From positions 1-56,353 of the forward strand of contig DYFC01000031.1 in assembly GCA_020725385.1 (NCBI GenBank): a stretch of DNA of 56,353 nt, written 5' to 3'. Below are positions 11,398 to 20,719 of this stretch, in pieces; position 1 is the first letter of the stretch; each line of letters opens with the position of its first letter. Made by a program: the position numbers and the translations under genes. Below the pieces are notes generated by a model. It was given only the letters and a program-made list of their open reading frames with translations, made no database searches and was not told the DNA's origin. This stretch comes from Nitrospira japonica. GTDB lineage: Bacteria; Nitrospirota; Thermodesulfovibrionia; Thermodesulfovibrionales; SM23-35.

Positions 11398-11463
11398 TTA
11401 TTAGTATAGATAGAAACATGTGGTGGATGATAAATTTGTAAGAAAAAGAAAGGTGATTTTTAT

Positions 11464-13407
11464 ATGATAGGTAATGACTTATCTTTAAAGTGGAAGACAA
11501 CCATTCCCATTATTCTTGCAATCACTTTTGGTGTAATTGCAACTGTTATCATCACAGGCTATTCTACAAAGCAGATTGTCATGAAAGAGGTTAGAAGTTC
11601 AACCTTGCCCGGGTTAAGGGACTCTGTTTTAGCGGGTTTGACTTCAATGATGGGTACTAATAAATATCAGGAAAATAAAATGCATTATATTGAGCAAATG
11701 AAGCGCGCGGGTGATATAAAAATTATAAGATCGGAATTATTTGATAAACATAAAGCAGACGAAAATTCTTTGTCTTCCTATAATGAAAGGGAAGTAATAT
11801 CTTCTGGAAATCAAAAAGAACTCCTAACAGGTAACCATATGCAGGCAATATACCCTATCGTTGCAAAGACAAATTCTTCCGGTACAAATTGCATATCATG
11901 CCATGCTGTTAAAGAGGGTACAATTCTCGGAGCAATCAGTATTTCGGTTCCTCTAACAGAATCGTTCAGCCGTATAAGATGGCTTCAAGCTCTATATGCG
12001 GGTCTTGGTATTATGGGTATTCTCGGAGCTATAGTCATGGTGTTTATTATATTCAAAGTTACAACACACAAACCTTTGACAAAATTAACCAATGCTGTTA
12101 ACACTGTTGCTGCGGGTGACCTGAGGGTAACTATAGAACAAAAAAGCGCTGATGAGATAGGAGTTCTTTCCTCTAATATGAATAAAATGCTGTTGTTTAT
12201 TTCCGGGGTTATAGATAAGGTGCTTTTGTCTGCTAATAATGTTGTTTTTGCTGTTGATGTATTAAGAAAAAGAGCAGAAAAAGCTGCTGAAGGAGCTAAA
12301 AATCAGGCAGGTCAAATAGACCAGATAGCAACTGCTACAGAAGAAATGAGCCAGACTATTACGGATATTGCGAAGAATGCTTCAATGGCATCTGAAACTT
12401 CATCAGGAGCAAAGAAAATAGCCGAAGAAGGGAAACATGTTGCAGATGGAGCTGTTAGCACCGTAAATAATGTTTATAATTCAACATTGGAACTTGCCGG
12501 AATGGTTGAAAAGCTCAATCAGAGAGTTAACGAAATAGGCAGTATAGTTACAGTTATTAAAGATATAGCGGATCAAACTAATCTTCTTGCGCTTAATGCA
12601 GCGATTGAAGCCGCGCGTGCCGGAGAACAGGGAAGGGGATTTGCGGTTGTTGCTGATGAGGTTAGAAAACTTGCTGAAAAAACAATAAAAGCAACAGTAG
12701 AGATATCAGAAAAGATAGAAGCAGTACAAAAAGAATCGAGGCAAACAATGAAATCAATGGATACTGCTTCAAGTCAGGTAACCCAGGCAACAGAATATAT
12801 CAGACAGGTGGGCAGTAGTCTGGACCGTATTGTTGAATCCGTTCAAAAAGTAAGTGATCAGATAACACAGATAGCAGCAGCAGTAGAAGAACAATCATCA
12901 ACTTCTGAAGAAGTTGCAAAAAATGTTGAAAATACATCTTTGATAACAAAAGAAATTGAAAAAGTTTCATCGGATGTGATGAACGAAGTTTTTGCTATGA
13001 TAAAGATTGCCGAGGAATTAAGGAATTCAACCATAGGTTTTAGAACTAAGGGAAAAGAGCGGATGGCTTTTGATCTCGCTAAAACCGAACATAAAGTAAT
13101 AATTGGCAAGGTAGCCTCCTGTGTTAAAGCCGGAGCACGATTAGATGTATCACAGATACCTGACCATCATACATGTAGATTCGGACACTGGTACGATGGT
13201 GAAGGAGCGCAAAAGTATGGACATTTGCCGAGTTTAAAAGCGATTATTGGCCCGCATGAAAGATTTCATAATCTTGCTAAGCAAGCTGTATCTGAATTTA
13301 ATACAAGCAGGAATGGAAATTCTCTCCATATGTATCAGGAACTTGAAGGATTAATGAATGAACTGGATAACTATTTTGAAAACATTAAAAAGGATATAGC
13401 AACATAG
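11464..13407 (+). CDS. Methyl-accepting chemotaxis protein with periplasmic c-type heme motif and C-terminal CZB domain
   Basis: CISCH between TM1 and TM2, HAMP, MA hairpin, C-terminal EH...[11 protein letters not shown]...HERFH. Confidence 0.9.
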   Translation: MIGNDLSLKWKTTIPIILAITFGVIATVIITGYSTKQIVMKEVRSSTLPGLRDSVLAGLTSMMGTNKYQENKMHYIEQMKRAGDIKIIRSELFDKHKADENSLSSYNEREVISSGNQKELLTGNHMQAIYPIVAKTNSSGTNCISCHAVKEGTILGAISISVPLTESFSRIRWLQALYAGLGIMGILGAIVMVFIIFKVTTHKPLTKLTNAVNTVAAGDLRVTIEQKSADEIGVLSSNMNKMLLFISGVIDKVLLSANNVVFAVDVLRKRAEKAAEGAKNQAGQIDQIATATEEMSQTITDIAKNASMASETSSGAKKIAEEGKHVADGAVSTVNNVYNSTLELAGMVEKLNQRVNEIGSIVTVIKDIADQTNLLALNAAIEAARAGEQGRGFAVVADEVRKLAEKTIKATVEISEKIEAVQKESRQTMKSMDTASSQVTQATEYIRQVGSSLDRIVESVQKVSDQITQIAAAVEEQSSTSEEVAKNVENTSLITKEIEKVSSDVMNEVFAMIKIAEELRNSTIGFRTKGKERMAFDLAKTEHKVIIGKVASCVKAGARLDVSQIPDHHTCRFGHWYDGEGAQKYGHLPSLKAIIGPHERFHNLAKQAVSEFNTSRNGNSLHMYQELEGLMNELDNYFENIKKDIAT

Positions 13408-13424
13408 ACAAATACTATAATATT

Positions 13425-14255
13425 ATGAATACTGATAACATCTTAAATTATATAAAAAAATTGAATGATCTCTCGACAGTTCCTTCTTTAATGGCAAAAA
13501 TTATTAAAGTTTTAAATGATACAGAGTCTGAAGGTAGGGAGCTGTATAAGCTGATTTCACATGACCATGCACTTGCAGAAAAAGTTGTTAGAGTTGCTAA
13601 TTCTTCTTTCTTCGGACATTCGGGAGAAGTTAAAGACATTAATCAGGCTATTATGTTGCTTGGTTATGATAGGATTAAATCGATTTCTCTCGGGATGACA
13701 GTTCTTGAAATATTTCCGTCAAATGGCTCTTTTAATTTAATGAATTTATGGAGCCATAGTTATGAAATAGCGCTTTTCGCGCAGGCATTCTCTGAATTAA
13801 TTTGTATGACATGTCCGAGAGAATGTTTTCTTACAGGACTTTTGCACGATATAGGCAGGGTGATACTTTTCAAGATCGATAAACAAAAATTTCTTGAAAT
13901 CAACCCTAAAAATCATATCCTTGAACAAGAAGAAGATATTTTTGGATGTAATCATGCAGAAGCAGGTGCTTTGTTTGCAGAAGTAAACAATGTACCGCCT
14001 GAAATTGTTTCTGCTATAAAATTCCATCACAAACCTTCGGATGCTAAGGAATATAAAGATATCGTGTCGATCATCTCTCTTGCAGAAGCCATTTCTCAAA
14101 GGTATAGCAGGAATAAAGCAAATGACGGCTTATGGAGCGAAGAGCATGATATATTGATGATGGAGTATGAATTAACAGATGATGATATTCTGTTTGTTGG
14201 TGACAGATATTGTGCTTCAAGACCAGATATAGAGAATTTCTTTTCAACAGGTTAA
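13425..14255 (+). CDS. HDOD domain protein
   Basis: RVANSSFFG, LWSHS, GLLHDIG, HAEAG and FHH motifs. Confidence 0.9.
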   Translation: MNTDNILNYIKKLNDLSTVPSLMAKIIKVLNDTESEGRELYKLISHDHALAEKVVRVANSSFFGHSGEVKDINQAIMLLGYDRIKSISLGMTVLEIFPSNGSFNLMNLWSHSYEIALFAQAFSELICMTCPRECFLTGLLHDIGRVILFKIDKQKFLEINPKNHILEQEEDIFGCNHAEAGALFAEVNNVPPEIVSAIKFHHKPSDAKEYKDIVSIISLAEAISQRYSRNKANDGLWSEEHDILMMEYELTDDDILFVGDRYCASRPDIENFFSTG

Positions 14256-14260
14256 CCCGA

Positions 14261-14302
14261 AAAATAAGAAAGGGCAGGATATAATCCCTGCCCTTTTATT
14301 TT
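14261..14302. terminator. Bidirectional intrinsic terminator between convergent HDOD and atpE
   Basis: AAAGGGCAGG...CCTGCCCTTT stem flanked by A-rich and T-rich tracts. Confidence 0.8.
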
Positions 14303-14316
14303 CAGAATAACTTTGA

Positions 14317-14676
14317 TTACTGAAGGAGTTTTCCGAACGGGTTAACGAAGATGAGGATGAGGACTACAACGAGTGCATAAATTGCGAGAGACTCAATCAT
14401 TGCAAGACCGATAATGAGTGTTGTGGTGATCTTACCGGATGCACCGGGATTTCTTGCAACTCCTTCGCAAGCTCCAGATAAACCGATACCCTGACCGATA
14501 CCGGTGCCAAGTGCTGCGAAACCAATGCCGAGTCCGCAACCAAGTGCTGCCATTGCATAATAGAAAATGTTCGAAGAGCCCTTTGTTGCAGCTGCGGCAG
14601 CTTCCTCAGCAAAGGCTAAAGGAGCCATTAAAAATAGAGCTGTGAGTACGAGAAGAATTACCGCTGTTTTCTTCAT
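14317..14676 (-). CDS. atpE: F0F1 ATP synthase subunit c with signal-peptide-like N-terminal extension
   Basis: GxGxGxG helix, ARNP loop, ion-binding IESLAIY, SD AGGAGG. Confidence 0.95.
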   Translation of the reverse strand: MKKTAVILLVLTALFLMAPLAFAEEAAAAATKGSSNIFYYAMAALGCGLGIGFAALGTGIGQGIGLSGACEGVARNPGASGKITTTLIIGLAMIESLAIYALVVVLILIFVNPFGKLLQ

Positions 14677-14708
14677 TCTAAAAATCCTCCTTTCCTGAAA
14701 CTTAGAAA

Positions 14709-15392
14709 TTAATGTGCATGTTCAACTGCACCAGCTAAATACAATGTGGCAAGTAATGCAAAAACAAATGCCTGAACTACACTAACAAGAACACCGAGTC
14801 CAAGAATAACAGCAGGAGCAAGAAAAGGAGCAATTACACCAAGAACTATTAAAATAATATGTTTACCTGTCATATTTCCAAAAAGTCTGACGGTTAATGT
14901 TAAAGGTCTTGCTATATGTCCAATGACTTCGACGAAAAACATGAGAAGCATTAATATGATTGCAGCAGGTTTACGGATTGGACCTAAAAAGTGATTTATG
15001 TAATGTATGCCGTGTACTCTTATTCCGTAAAAATGTGTTGCAAGAAATACAGGTATAGCCATTGCTGCATTTGTGTTGACATTTGCTGTTGCCGCAGTAA
15101 ATCCGGGGACTAAACCCATGAAGTTACAAAGAAGAATAAAGATAAAAATTGTCATGATGAATGGAAATAACTGACGACTCCAGTGATGGCCTATATTCTC
15201 ATCAACGAGTTTCCAGATAGCTTCTATCAAAACTTCCATGAAGTTCTGGATACCTTTTGGAATGAGTTGAATGGAGCCTCTAACAACAAGAGCTAAGGCT
15301 ATTAGTAAGCCAGATGCTAAGAAAGCGTGTGAAACATTATGGGGAATAATCTCTTTGTTCACTATCAAGTCCATTAAAAGTACTTCTTCCAT
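14709..15392 (-). CDS. atpB: F0F1 ATP synthase subunit a
   Basis: [28 protein letters not shown]. Confidence 0.95.
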   Translation of the reverse strand: MEEVLLMDLIVNKEIIPHNVSHAFLASGLLIALALVVRGSIQLIPKGIQNFMEVLIEAIWKLVDENIGHHWSRQLFPFIMTIFIFILLCNFMGLVPGFTAATANVNTNAAMAIPVFLATHFYGIRVHGIHYINHFLGPIRKPAAIILMLLMFFVEVIGHIARPLTLTVRLFGNMTGKHIILIVLGVIAPFLAPAVILGLGVLVSVVQAFVFALLATLYLAGAVEHAH

Positions 15393-15462
15393 ATCAGACC
15401 TCCTCTTGAGATAAAAATCGCTGTTATATTACATAACATTGTTTTAAAAAGTCAATACAAAA

Positions 15463-17775
15463 TTAATCAAAATTAAGATTAGTATCTTTTTCTCTTAATC
15501 TACGGGAAGGAATGCCTGTTGGAGCTATTTCTTTAGGCTCTGTGCCTTCTTTAAAATATTCTTTAATACCTGAAGCTTCATCTCTTGCCAGTTTGCCAGA
15601 AGAAGGGTCAATAAGTACGCTTACTATCCCCTCGGGTACAGGAAATTCAGTAGATTCATAAGAATTTATATAACCCTTCATAAAATTTACCCATATAGGC
15701 GATGCAGCGCGTGCGCCAGTTTCTTGATGACCAAGTGATTTCATGTCATCAAAACCTACCCATACAGCAGTGGTAATATTACTTGTATAACCAACAAACC
15801 ATGCATCCCTGTATTCATTTGTAGTACCTGTTTTACCTGCAACCGGAACCCCGAGTGCTTTTGCTCTCCAGCCTGTACCATATTTGACAACGTCTTGCAT
15901 CATGGAAGTAATTAAAAAAGCGGTTTGCTGGCTTATTGCCTCTTCTGCTTCAGGTTCATTGCTTTCAAGTATTCTCCCCTGTGAATCAGTAATATATTTT
16001 ATTGCAATAGGTTTTATTCTCTCACCGCCATTTGCGAATACACAATAACATAATGCAAGTTCTAATGGTGTGATTGACAATGAACCAAGAGCAATTGTCA
16101 GGTCATGTGGTAAATCACTTTCAATTCCTATTGTACGTGCAAAATCTATAACTTTTTGGATTCCCATTTGATCAACCAGCTTGATAGTAACAATGTTACG
16201 TGAATAAGCAAGACCTTCTCTCAGCATTGTAGGGCCATAAAATTTATGATCAGCGTTTTCGGGTTTCCATTCGCCTCTTGGACCACCGGGGTATGTTACA
16301 GGTTCATCATTTATTATTGTAGCAGGTGTAAAACCATTATCCATTGCAGCAGCATATATTATTGGTTTAAAAGCAGAACCGGGTTGTCTTTTGGCAAGAA
16401 CTGCTCTATTGTAGTCGCTTTTTACGAAGTCATATCCACCAATCAATGCTCTAATAAAACCTGTTTCTTGTTCTATTGCAACAAGAGCACCCTCTACCTG
16501 GGGATCCTGTTCAAGATTAAGAAAGATATTATGCCCTTTTAAGCTTTTTATACTTACTTTTACAACATCGCCGGGTTTAAGAATCTGTTTTAATGTGAAT
16601 TTGTTAAGTGTTTTAACTGTTCCTTTTGGCTCAATTATTCTTGATGCCCAAATTGCATCCTGAAGGAGAAGTTTCCCGATTATTCCTCTTGTTTTTATAA
16701 TAGCTTCATTATCCGAGACCGAAAGAACCAGACCTGATGCAATATCTCCTGTATTTGATACTGAAATAGGAGACTGTTCCTGTAATCGCATTTCTTTTTC
16801 TATATCCACTTCTTCTTTATGCTCAATAGGACCACGCCAGCCACGTCTTTTATCAAGATCCCTTAGTCCTTCCTGGATAGCTCTTGCAGCAAGAGTCTGC
16901 GCTTTTCTGTCAAGTGTCGTATAAACTCTTAGCCCTCCTTTATATACAGCATTTATACCATAAGTATCTTCAAGATATTTTCTTATGTATTCAATAAAAT
17001 AATTATTAGCTTCAATTCCTTTTCTTTCTGTAGAAAGGTTAAGATGCTGTTGTTGTGCAAGCTCTCTTTCATGCTTTTTTATATACCCTTCTTCCTCCAT
17101 TCTCATTAATACAATTTGCTGACGTTCTTTTGCCTTTGAAATATCATTAAATGGAGAATAAGTTGTAGGAGCTTTAACAAGTCCTGCAATCAACGCCGCC
17201 TCAGAAAGTGAAATATTTCTTACAGATTTTCCAAAATATATTCTGGAGGCCATTTCAACTCCATATGCTCCATGTCCAAAATAGACTTTATTAAGATAAA
17301 GTTCGAGTATTTCATTTTTATCAAGATTTTTCTCTAATTTAACTGCAAGAATAGCTTCCTTAAGTTTTCGTTTTATAGTTTTTTCAGGTGTAAGAAACAT
17401 CACTTTTGTGAGTTGCTGTGTTATAGTGCTACCACCTTCTTTGAATCCAACGTGAATAATATCTTTAATAATTGCTCTTAGAATAGCCCAGTAATCGATG
17501 CCCTTATGTTTCCAGAATCTTGAATCTTCAACAGCAACAAGCGCATTTATCATATGATTAGGAATTTCTTTTATTGGAACAAAAATTCCTTTTTCAGCTT
17601 TAAGTTCTCCAATTAATACATCATCATCAGAATATATTTTAGTGCCTGATTCAGGTTTATAATTCTTTATTTCTTCAATTGAAGGAATATCTTGAAGCAC
17701 TGCAAGATAGGTACCGGTGGCTATGCCTCCAAGAATTGAAAAGAAAGCAAAAATAAGTATTAATTTCCATTTCAT
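15463..17775 (-). CDS. mrcA: Penicillin-binding protein 1A (bifunctional transglycosylase/transpeptidase)
   Basis: EDSRF, GGSTITQQL, SxxK (GSAFK), SRN and KTG motifs, with an OB-like insert. Confidence 0.93.
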   Translation of the reverse strand: MKWKLILIFAFFSILGGIATGTYLAVLQDIPSIEEIKNYKPESGTKIYSDDDVLIGELKAEKGIFVPIKEIPNHMINALVAVEDSRFWKHKGIDYWAILRAIIKDIIHVGFKEGGSTITQQLTKVMFLTPEKTIKRKLKEAILAVKLEKNLDKNEILELYLNKVYFGHGAYGVEMASRIYFGKSVRNISLSEAALIAGLVKAPTTYSPFNDISKAKERQQIVLMRMEEEGYIKKHERELAQQQHLNLSTERKGIEANNYFIEYIRKYLEDTYGINAVYKGGLRVYTTLDRKAQTLAARAIQEGLRDLDKRRGWRGPIEHKEEVDIEKEMRLQEQSPISVSNTGDIASGLVLSVSDNEAIIKTRGIIGKLLLQDAIWASRIIEPKGTVKTLNKFTLKQILKPGDVVKVSIKSLKGHNIFLNLEQDPQVEGALVAIEQETGFIRALIGGYDFVKSDYNRAVLAKRQPGSAFKPIIYAAAMDNGFTPATIINDEPVTYPGGPRGEWKPENADHKFYGPTMLREGLAYSRNIVTIKLVDQMGIQKVIDFARTIGIESDLPHDLTIALGSLSITPLELALCYCVFANGGERIKPIAIKYITDSQGRILESNEPEAEEAISQQTAFLITSMMQDVVKYGTGWRAKALGVPVAGKTGTTNEYRDAWFVGYTSNITTAVWVGFDDMKSLGHQETGARAASPIWVNFMKGYINSYESTEFPVPEGIVSVLIDPSSGKLARDEASGIKEYFKEGTEPKEIAPTGIPSRRLREKDTNLNFD

Positions 17776-17781
17776 TCTTGA

Positions 17782-17811
17782 ATTATAACTTTGAGGTCAG
17801 ATGTAAGTCAA
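17782..17811 (-). promoter_or_regulatory. Sigma-70 promoter positioned for a leaderless mrcA transcript
   Basis: TTGACT-N18-TATAAT-N6-ATG, no SD. Confidence 0.6.
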
Positions 17812-17891
17812 AAATTTACTGAACAGATATAAGGCGTGAATGATTCTACAATTTTGATATTGCCTTATTTATCAATAAGGTTGTATTATTT

Positions 17892-18050
17892 TCAACATCC
17901 GGGTTCACCGGGATGACCGCAACAACTTTTTAATTTTGCTATTTTGATCAGATTATTTTTAAGAAATAAATATATCTTTCTTTTTATTGGCATAGGCTGT
18001 TTTAGATTATTGAAAACAGTTTTTATATCAGGACGTTCTGAAGTACACAT
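17892..18050 (-). CDS. Small Cys-rich protein (52 aa, ends CCGHPGEPGC); possible Sec readthrough to TAA at 17886
   Basis: Hand-translated, absent from ORF track: MCTSERPDIKTVFNNLKQPMPIKRKIYLFLKNNLIKIAKLKSCCGHPGEPGC. SD AGAGGA upstream. Confidence 0.72.
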   Translation of the reverse strand: MCTSERPDIKTVFNNLKQPMPIKRKIYLFLKNNLIKIAKLKSCCGHPGEPGC

Positions 18051-18230
18051 AATATTATTCCTCTAATGTTAGAATATTTAAACACTATTACATGATACCA
18101 AATACCAATGATTTTTATTTATTATACCATAGTTCAAGTTTTTACCTTATTAACCCCCTGGAATGCAGATATTTATTAAAAAATATTGAATAATGTAAAA
18201 CTTAAAAAGCAAACTCCACAATATATTTTA

Positions 18231-18259
18231 TTGACAACGACATATAATTTTGTTAATGT
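18231..18259 (+). promoter_or_regulatory. Sigma-70 promoter for LamG/IPTL-CTERM gene
   Basis: TTGACA-N17-TAATGT with extended -10 TG. Confidence 0.55.
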
Positions 18260-18307
18260 TTTTGTGTTTTATTTTTTAGGTATTTTTTGAAAGGAGATCA
18301 GATTGAA

Positions 18308-19126
18308 ATGAAGAAAGCATTATTTTTGATTCAAATAATAGCTGTTGTAATAATGCCGTTAATTTGTTATGCCCAATGTGTGACTCCTCCTGGCGGAATG
18401 GTGGGATGGTGGCCAGGTGATAGCAATGCAGATGATTTGATCGGAGGAAACAATGGGACTCTTATGAATGGTGCGACCTTTGCATCGGGTATGGTCAGCC
18501 AAGCATTTAGCTTTGATGGCGTAGATGATTACGTTAATATAGGTAATACTTCACAATTAAACCCTTCAACTATAACAGTAGATACGTGGTTTTACGCTAC
18601 AGATATTACAGGGCAGTTGTATCCTCCTCTTGTAAAGAAGAGTAGCGGCAATGATGGATATGCTCTTGAAATTGATCAAACTAATTTTCGCATCAGATTT
18701 TGGGTTTATATTACAGGCACAGGATGGGTATCAAGTGTAGCTGTACCAATTTCAACTAATACTTGGTATCATGTGGCAGGTACTTATGACGGCTCGAACA
18801 TAATAATTTATCTGAACGGTCAACCTCAAGGTTCTCCTGTAAATGTAAGCGGAACTATTGCCCCTTCACCTAGTCCTTTAAATATTGGGCGAGATCCGTT
18901 AAACACAAACCGTTTTTTTGAAGGACGCATAGATGAAGTAGAAATCTTCGAACGCGCTCTAAGTGCTCCGGAAATACTTCAAATTTATAATGCAGGAAGC
19001 GATGGTAAATGTAAATTTTCTACTGTAGTACCTGCGCTGAACGAATGGGGGATTATAATCTTTGTAGTTTTTTCAGGTCTTGGAGCAGTTTATCTAATGA
19101 GAAAAAAGCCGAATGAAAATATTTAA
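18308..19126 (+). CDS. Secreted LamG-like jellyroll protein with IPTL-CTERM sorting signal
   Basis: Signal peptide, AFSFDGVDDYV, WYHVAGTYDG, FEGRIDEV; C-terminal VPALNEWG + TM helix + RKK. Confidence 0.85.
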   Translation: MKKALFLIQIIAVVIMPLICYAQCVTPPGGMVGWWPGDSNADDLIGGNNGTLMNGATFASGMVSQAFSFDGVDDYVNIGNTSQLNPSTITVDTWFYATDITGQLYPPLVKKSSGNDGYALEIDQTNFRIRFWVYITGTGWVSSVAVPISTNTWYHVAGTYDGSNIIIYLNGQPQGSPVNVSGTIAPSPSPLNIGRDPLNTNRFFEGRIDEVEIFERALSAPEILQIYNAGSDGKCKFSTVVPALNEWGIIIFVVFSGLGAVYLMRKKPNENI

Positions 19127-19215
19127 TAAATAGAAGAGGTTATTTGTGCATGCTGCAGATGCCCTAAGCTCTTTGCTCCTTGCTCTTTGCTTTTAAATAC
19201 CTATCATAAATAAAA

Positions 19216-20571
19216 ATGGTAGATAAAAGGCGTGTAAGGTTATTAAGGAACGGCGAATTAATAAAAAATCCGGTTGTTCTCTGGATGAGCAGGGATCAGA
19301 GGACAAAAGATAACTGGGCTTTACTTTTTGCACAAGAAATAGCAATTAATAAAGCTGTACCATTGGCAGTTGTTTTCTGCTTGGCCCCCAAATTTCTTAA
19401 TGCTACTATCAGGCAGTATAGTTTTATGATTAAAGGATTGCAGGAAGTAGAAAAAACTCTAAAAAAAAAGAATATTCCGTTTTTTCTACTTAAAGGTAAT
19501 CCAGATGAAGAAATACCTGCATTTATAAAAAGACATAAGATTGGAGCTTTGGTATCTGACTTTAATCCATTAAATATAAGTAAAGCATGGAAAGAAGATG
19601 TAAGCAAAAATATTGATATTCCTTTTTATGAAGTAGATACCCATAACATAATTCCCTGTTGGATTGCTTCAAATAAACAAGAATATAGCGCCCGTACTTT
19701 AAGACCAAAAATTCATCTTTTATTGCCCGGGTTTTTAAAGGATTTTCCTTCTCTAAAAACACATCCATACGATTGGAATAAAAAGGTTGAAAAAACTGAT
19801 TGGGATGAATGTTTAAAAAACCTTGATGTTGACCGAACGATCAATGAGGTTGAATGGATAAAACCCGGTGAAAAAGCAGCTTTTAATGCTCTAAAGGAAT
19901 TTATAAATAATAGGTTCAATTTTTATTTTAAGCAAAGAAATGATCCTTCTGTTGATGGTCAATCCGATTTATCACCTTATATTCACTTCGGGCATATTTC
20001 ATCCCAGAGAATAGCTCTTGAAGCCTTAAAATCTTCGGTAGAACAAAATTCAAAGAAAGCTTTTCTTGAAGAACTTATTGTGCGTAAGGAACTTTCGGAT
20101 AATTTCTGCCTTTATAATAAAAACTACGATAATTTTGAGGGATTTCCTGAATGGGCAAAAAAAACTTTAAATGAACATGTAAAGGATAAACGAACCTATA
20201 TTTATACACTTGAGCAATATGAAAATGCTCTTACACATGATGAACTCTGGAACGCAGCACAAACGGAGATGGTAAAAAGAGGAAAGATGCACGGGTATAT
20301 GAGGATGTATTGGGCAAAAAAGATACTTGAGTGGACAGAATCTCCAGAAAAAGCGATGGAGATAGCAATTTATCTTAACGATAAATATGAGCTTGATGGT
20401 AGGGATCCGAATGGATACGCAGGAATAGCATGGAGCATTGGTGGTGTTCATGACAGGGCATGGAATGAGCGTCCAGTTTTCGGAAAGATACGTTATATGA
20501 GCTATAATGGTTGTAAGACAAAATTCGATATAAAAAGGTATGCAAATAAAGTTCGGTCTTATATTCCATAA
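19216..20571 (+). CDS. phr: Class II CPD deoxyribodipyrimidine photolyase
   Basis: WMSRDQR.DNWAL, SDLSPYIHFG, GKMHGYMRMYWAKKILEW, DGRDPNGY, FGKIRYM. Confidence 0.93.
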   Translation: MVDKRRVRLLRNGELIKNPVVLWMSRDQRTKDNWALLFAQEIAINKAVPLAVVFCLAPKFLNATIRQYSFMIKGLQEVEKTLKKKNIPFFLLKGNPDEEIPAFIKRHKIGALVSDFNPLNISKAWKEDVSKNIDIPFYEVDTHNIIPCWIASNKQEYSARTLRPKIHLLLPGFLKDFPSLKTHPYDWNKKVEKTDWDECLKNLDVDRTINEVEWIKPGEKAAFNALKEFINNRFNFYFKQRNDPSVDGQSDLSPYIHFGHISSQRIALEALKSSVEQNSKKAFLEELIVRKELSDNFCLYNKNYDNFEGFPEWAKKTLNEHVKDKRTYIYTLEQYENALTHDELWNAAQTEMVKRGKMHGYMRMYWAKKILEWTESPEKAMEIAIYLNDKYELDGRDPNGYAGIAWSIGGVHDRAWNERPVFGKIRYMSYNGCKTKFDIKRYANKVRSYIP

Positions 20572-20683
20572 GTATTTTCATTATATTATCAGAATAATAT
20601 CAGGTCCACTAAAATTTCTTTATACGTGGAAAGTCCGAAATAGTTTAAATATTTTGTATTGGAGATTGGTTAAATATCGAACG

Positions 20684-20713
20684 TTGACTTAAAACTGCCT
20701 GTAAAGTTAATAT
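20684..20713 (+). promoter_or_regulatory. Sigma-70 promoter positioned for a leaderless dnaE transcript
   Basis: TTGACT-N18-TAATAT-N6-ATG, no SD. Confidence 0.55.
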
Positions 20714-20719
20714 TTTTAT

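Noticed and set aside
10770-12680. Near-identical DNA segments in the two MCP genes
   Set aside because: Explained by the universally conserved MCP signalling hairpin.
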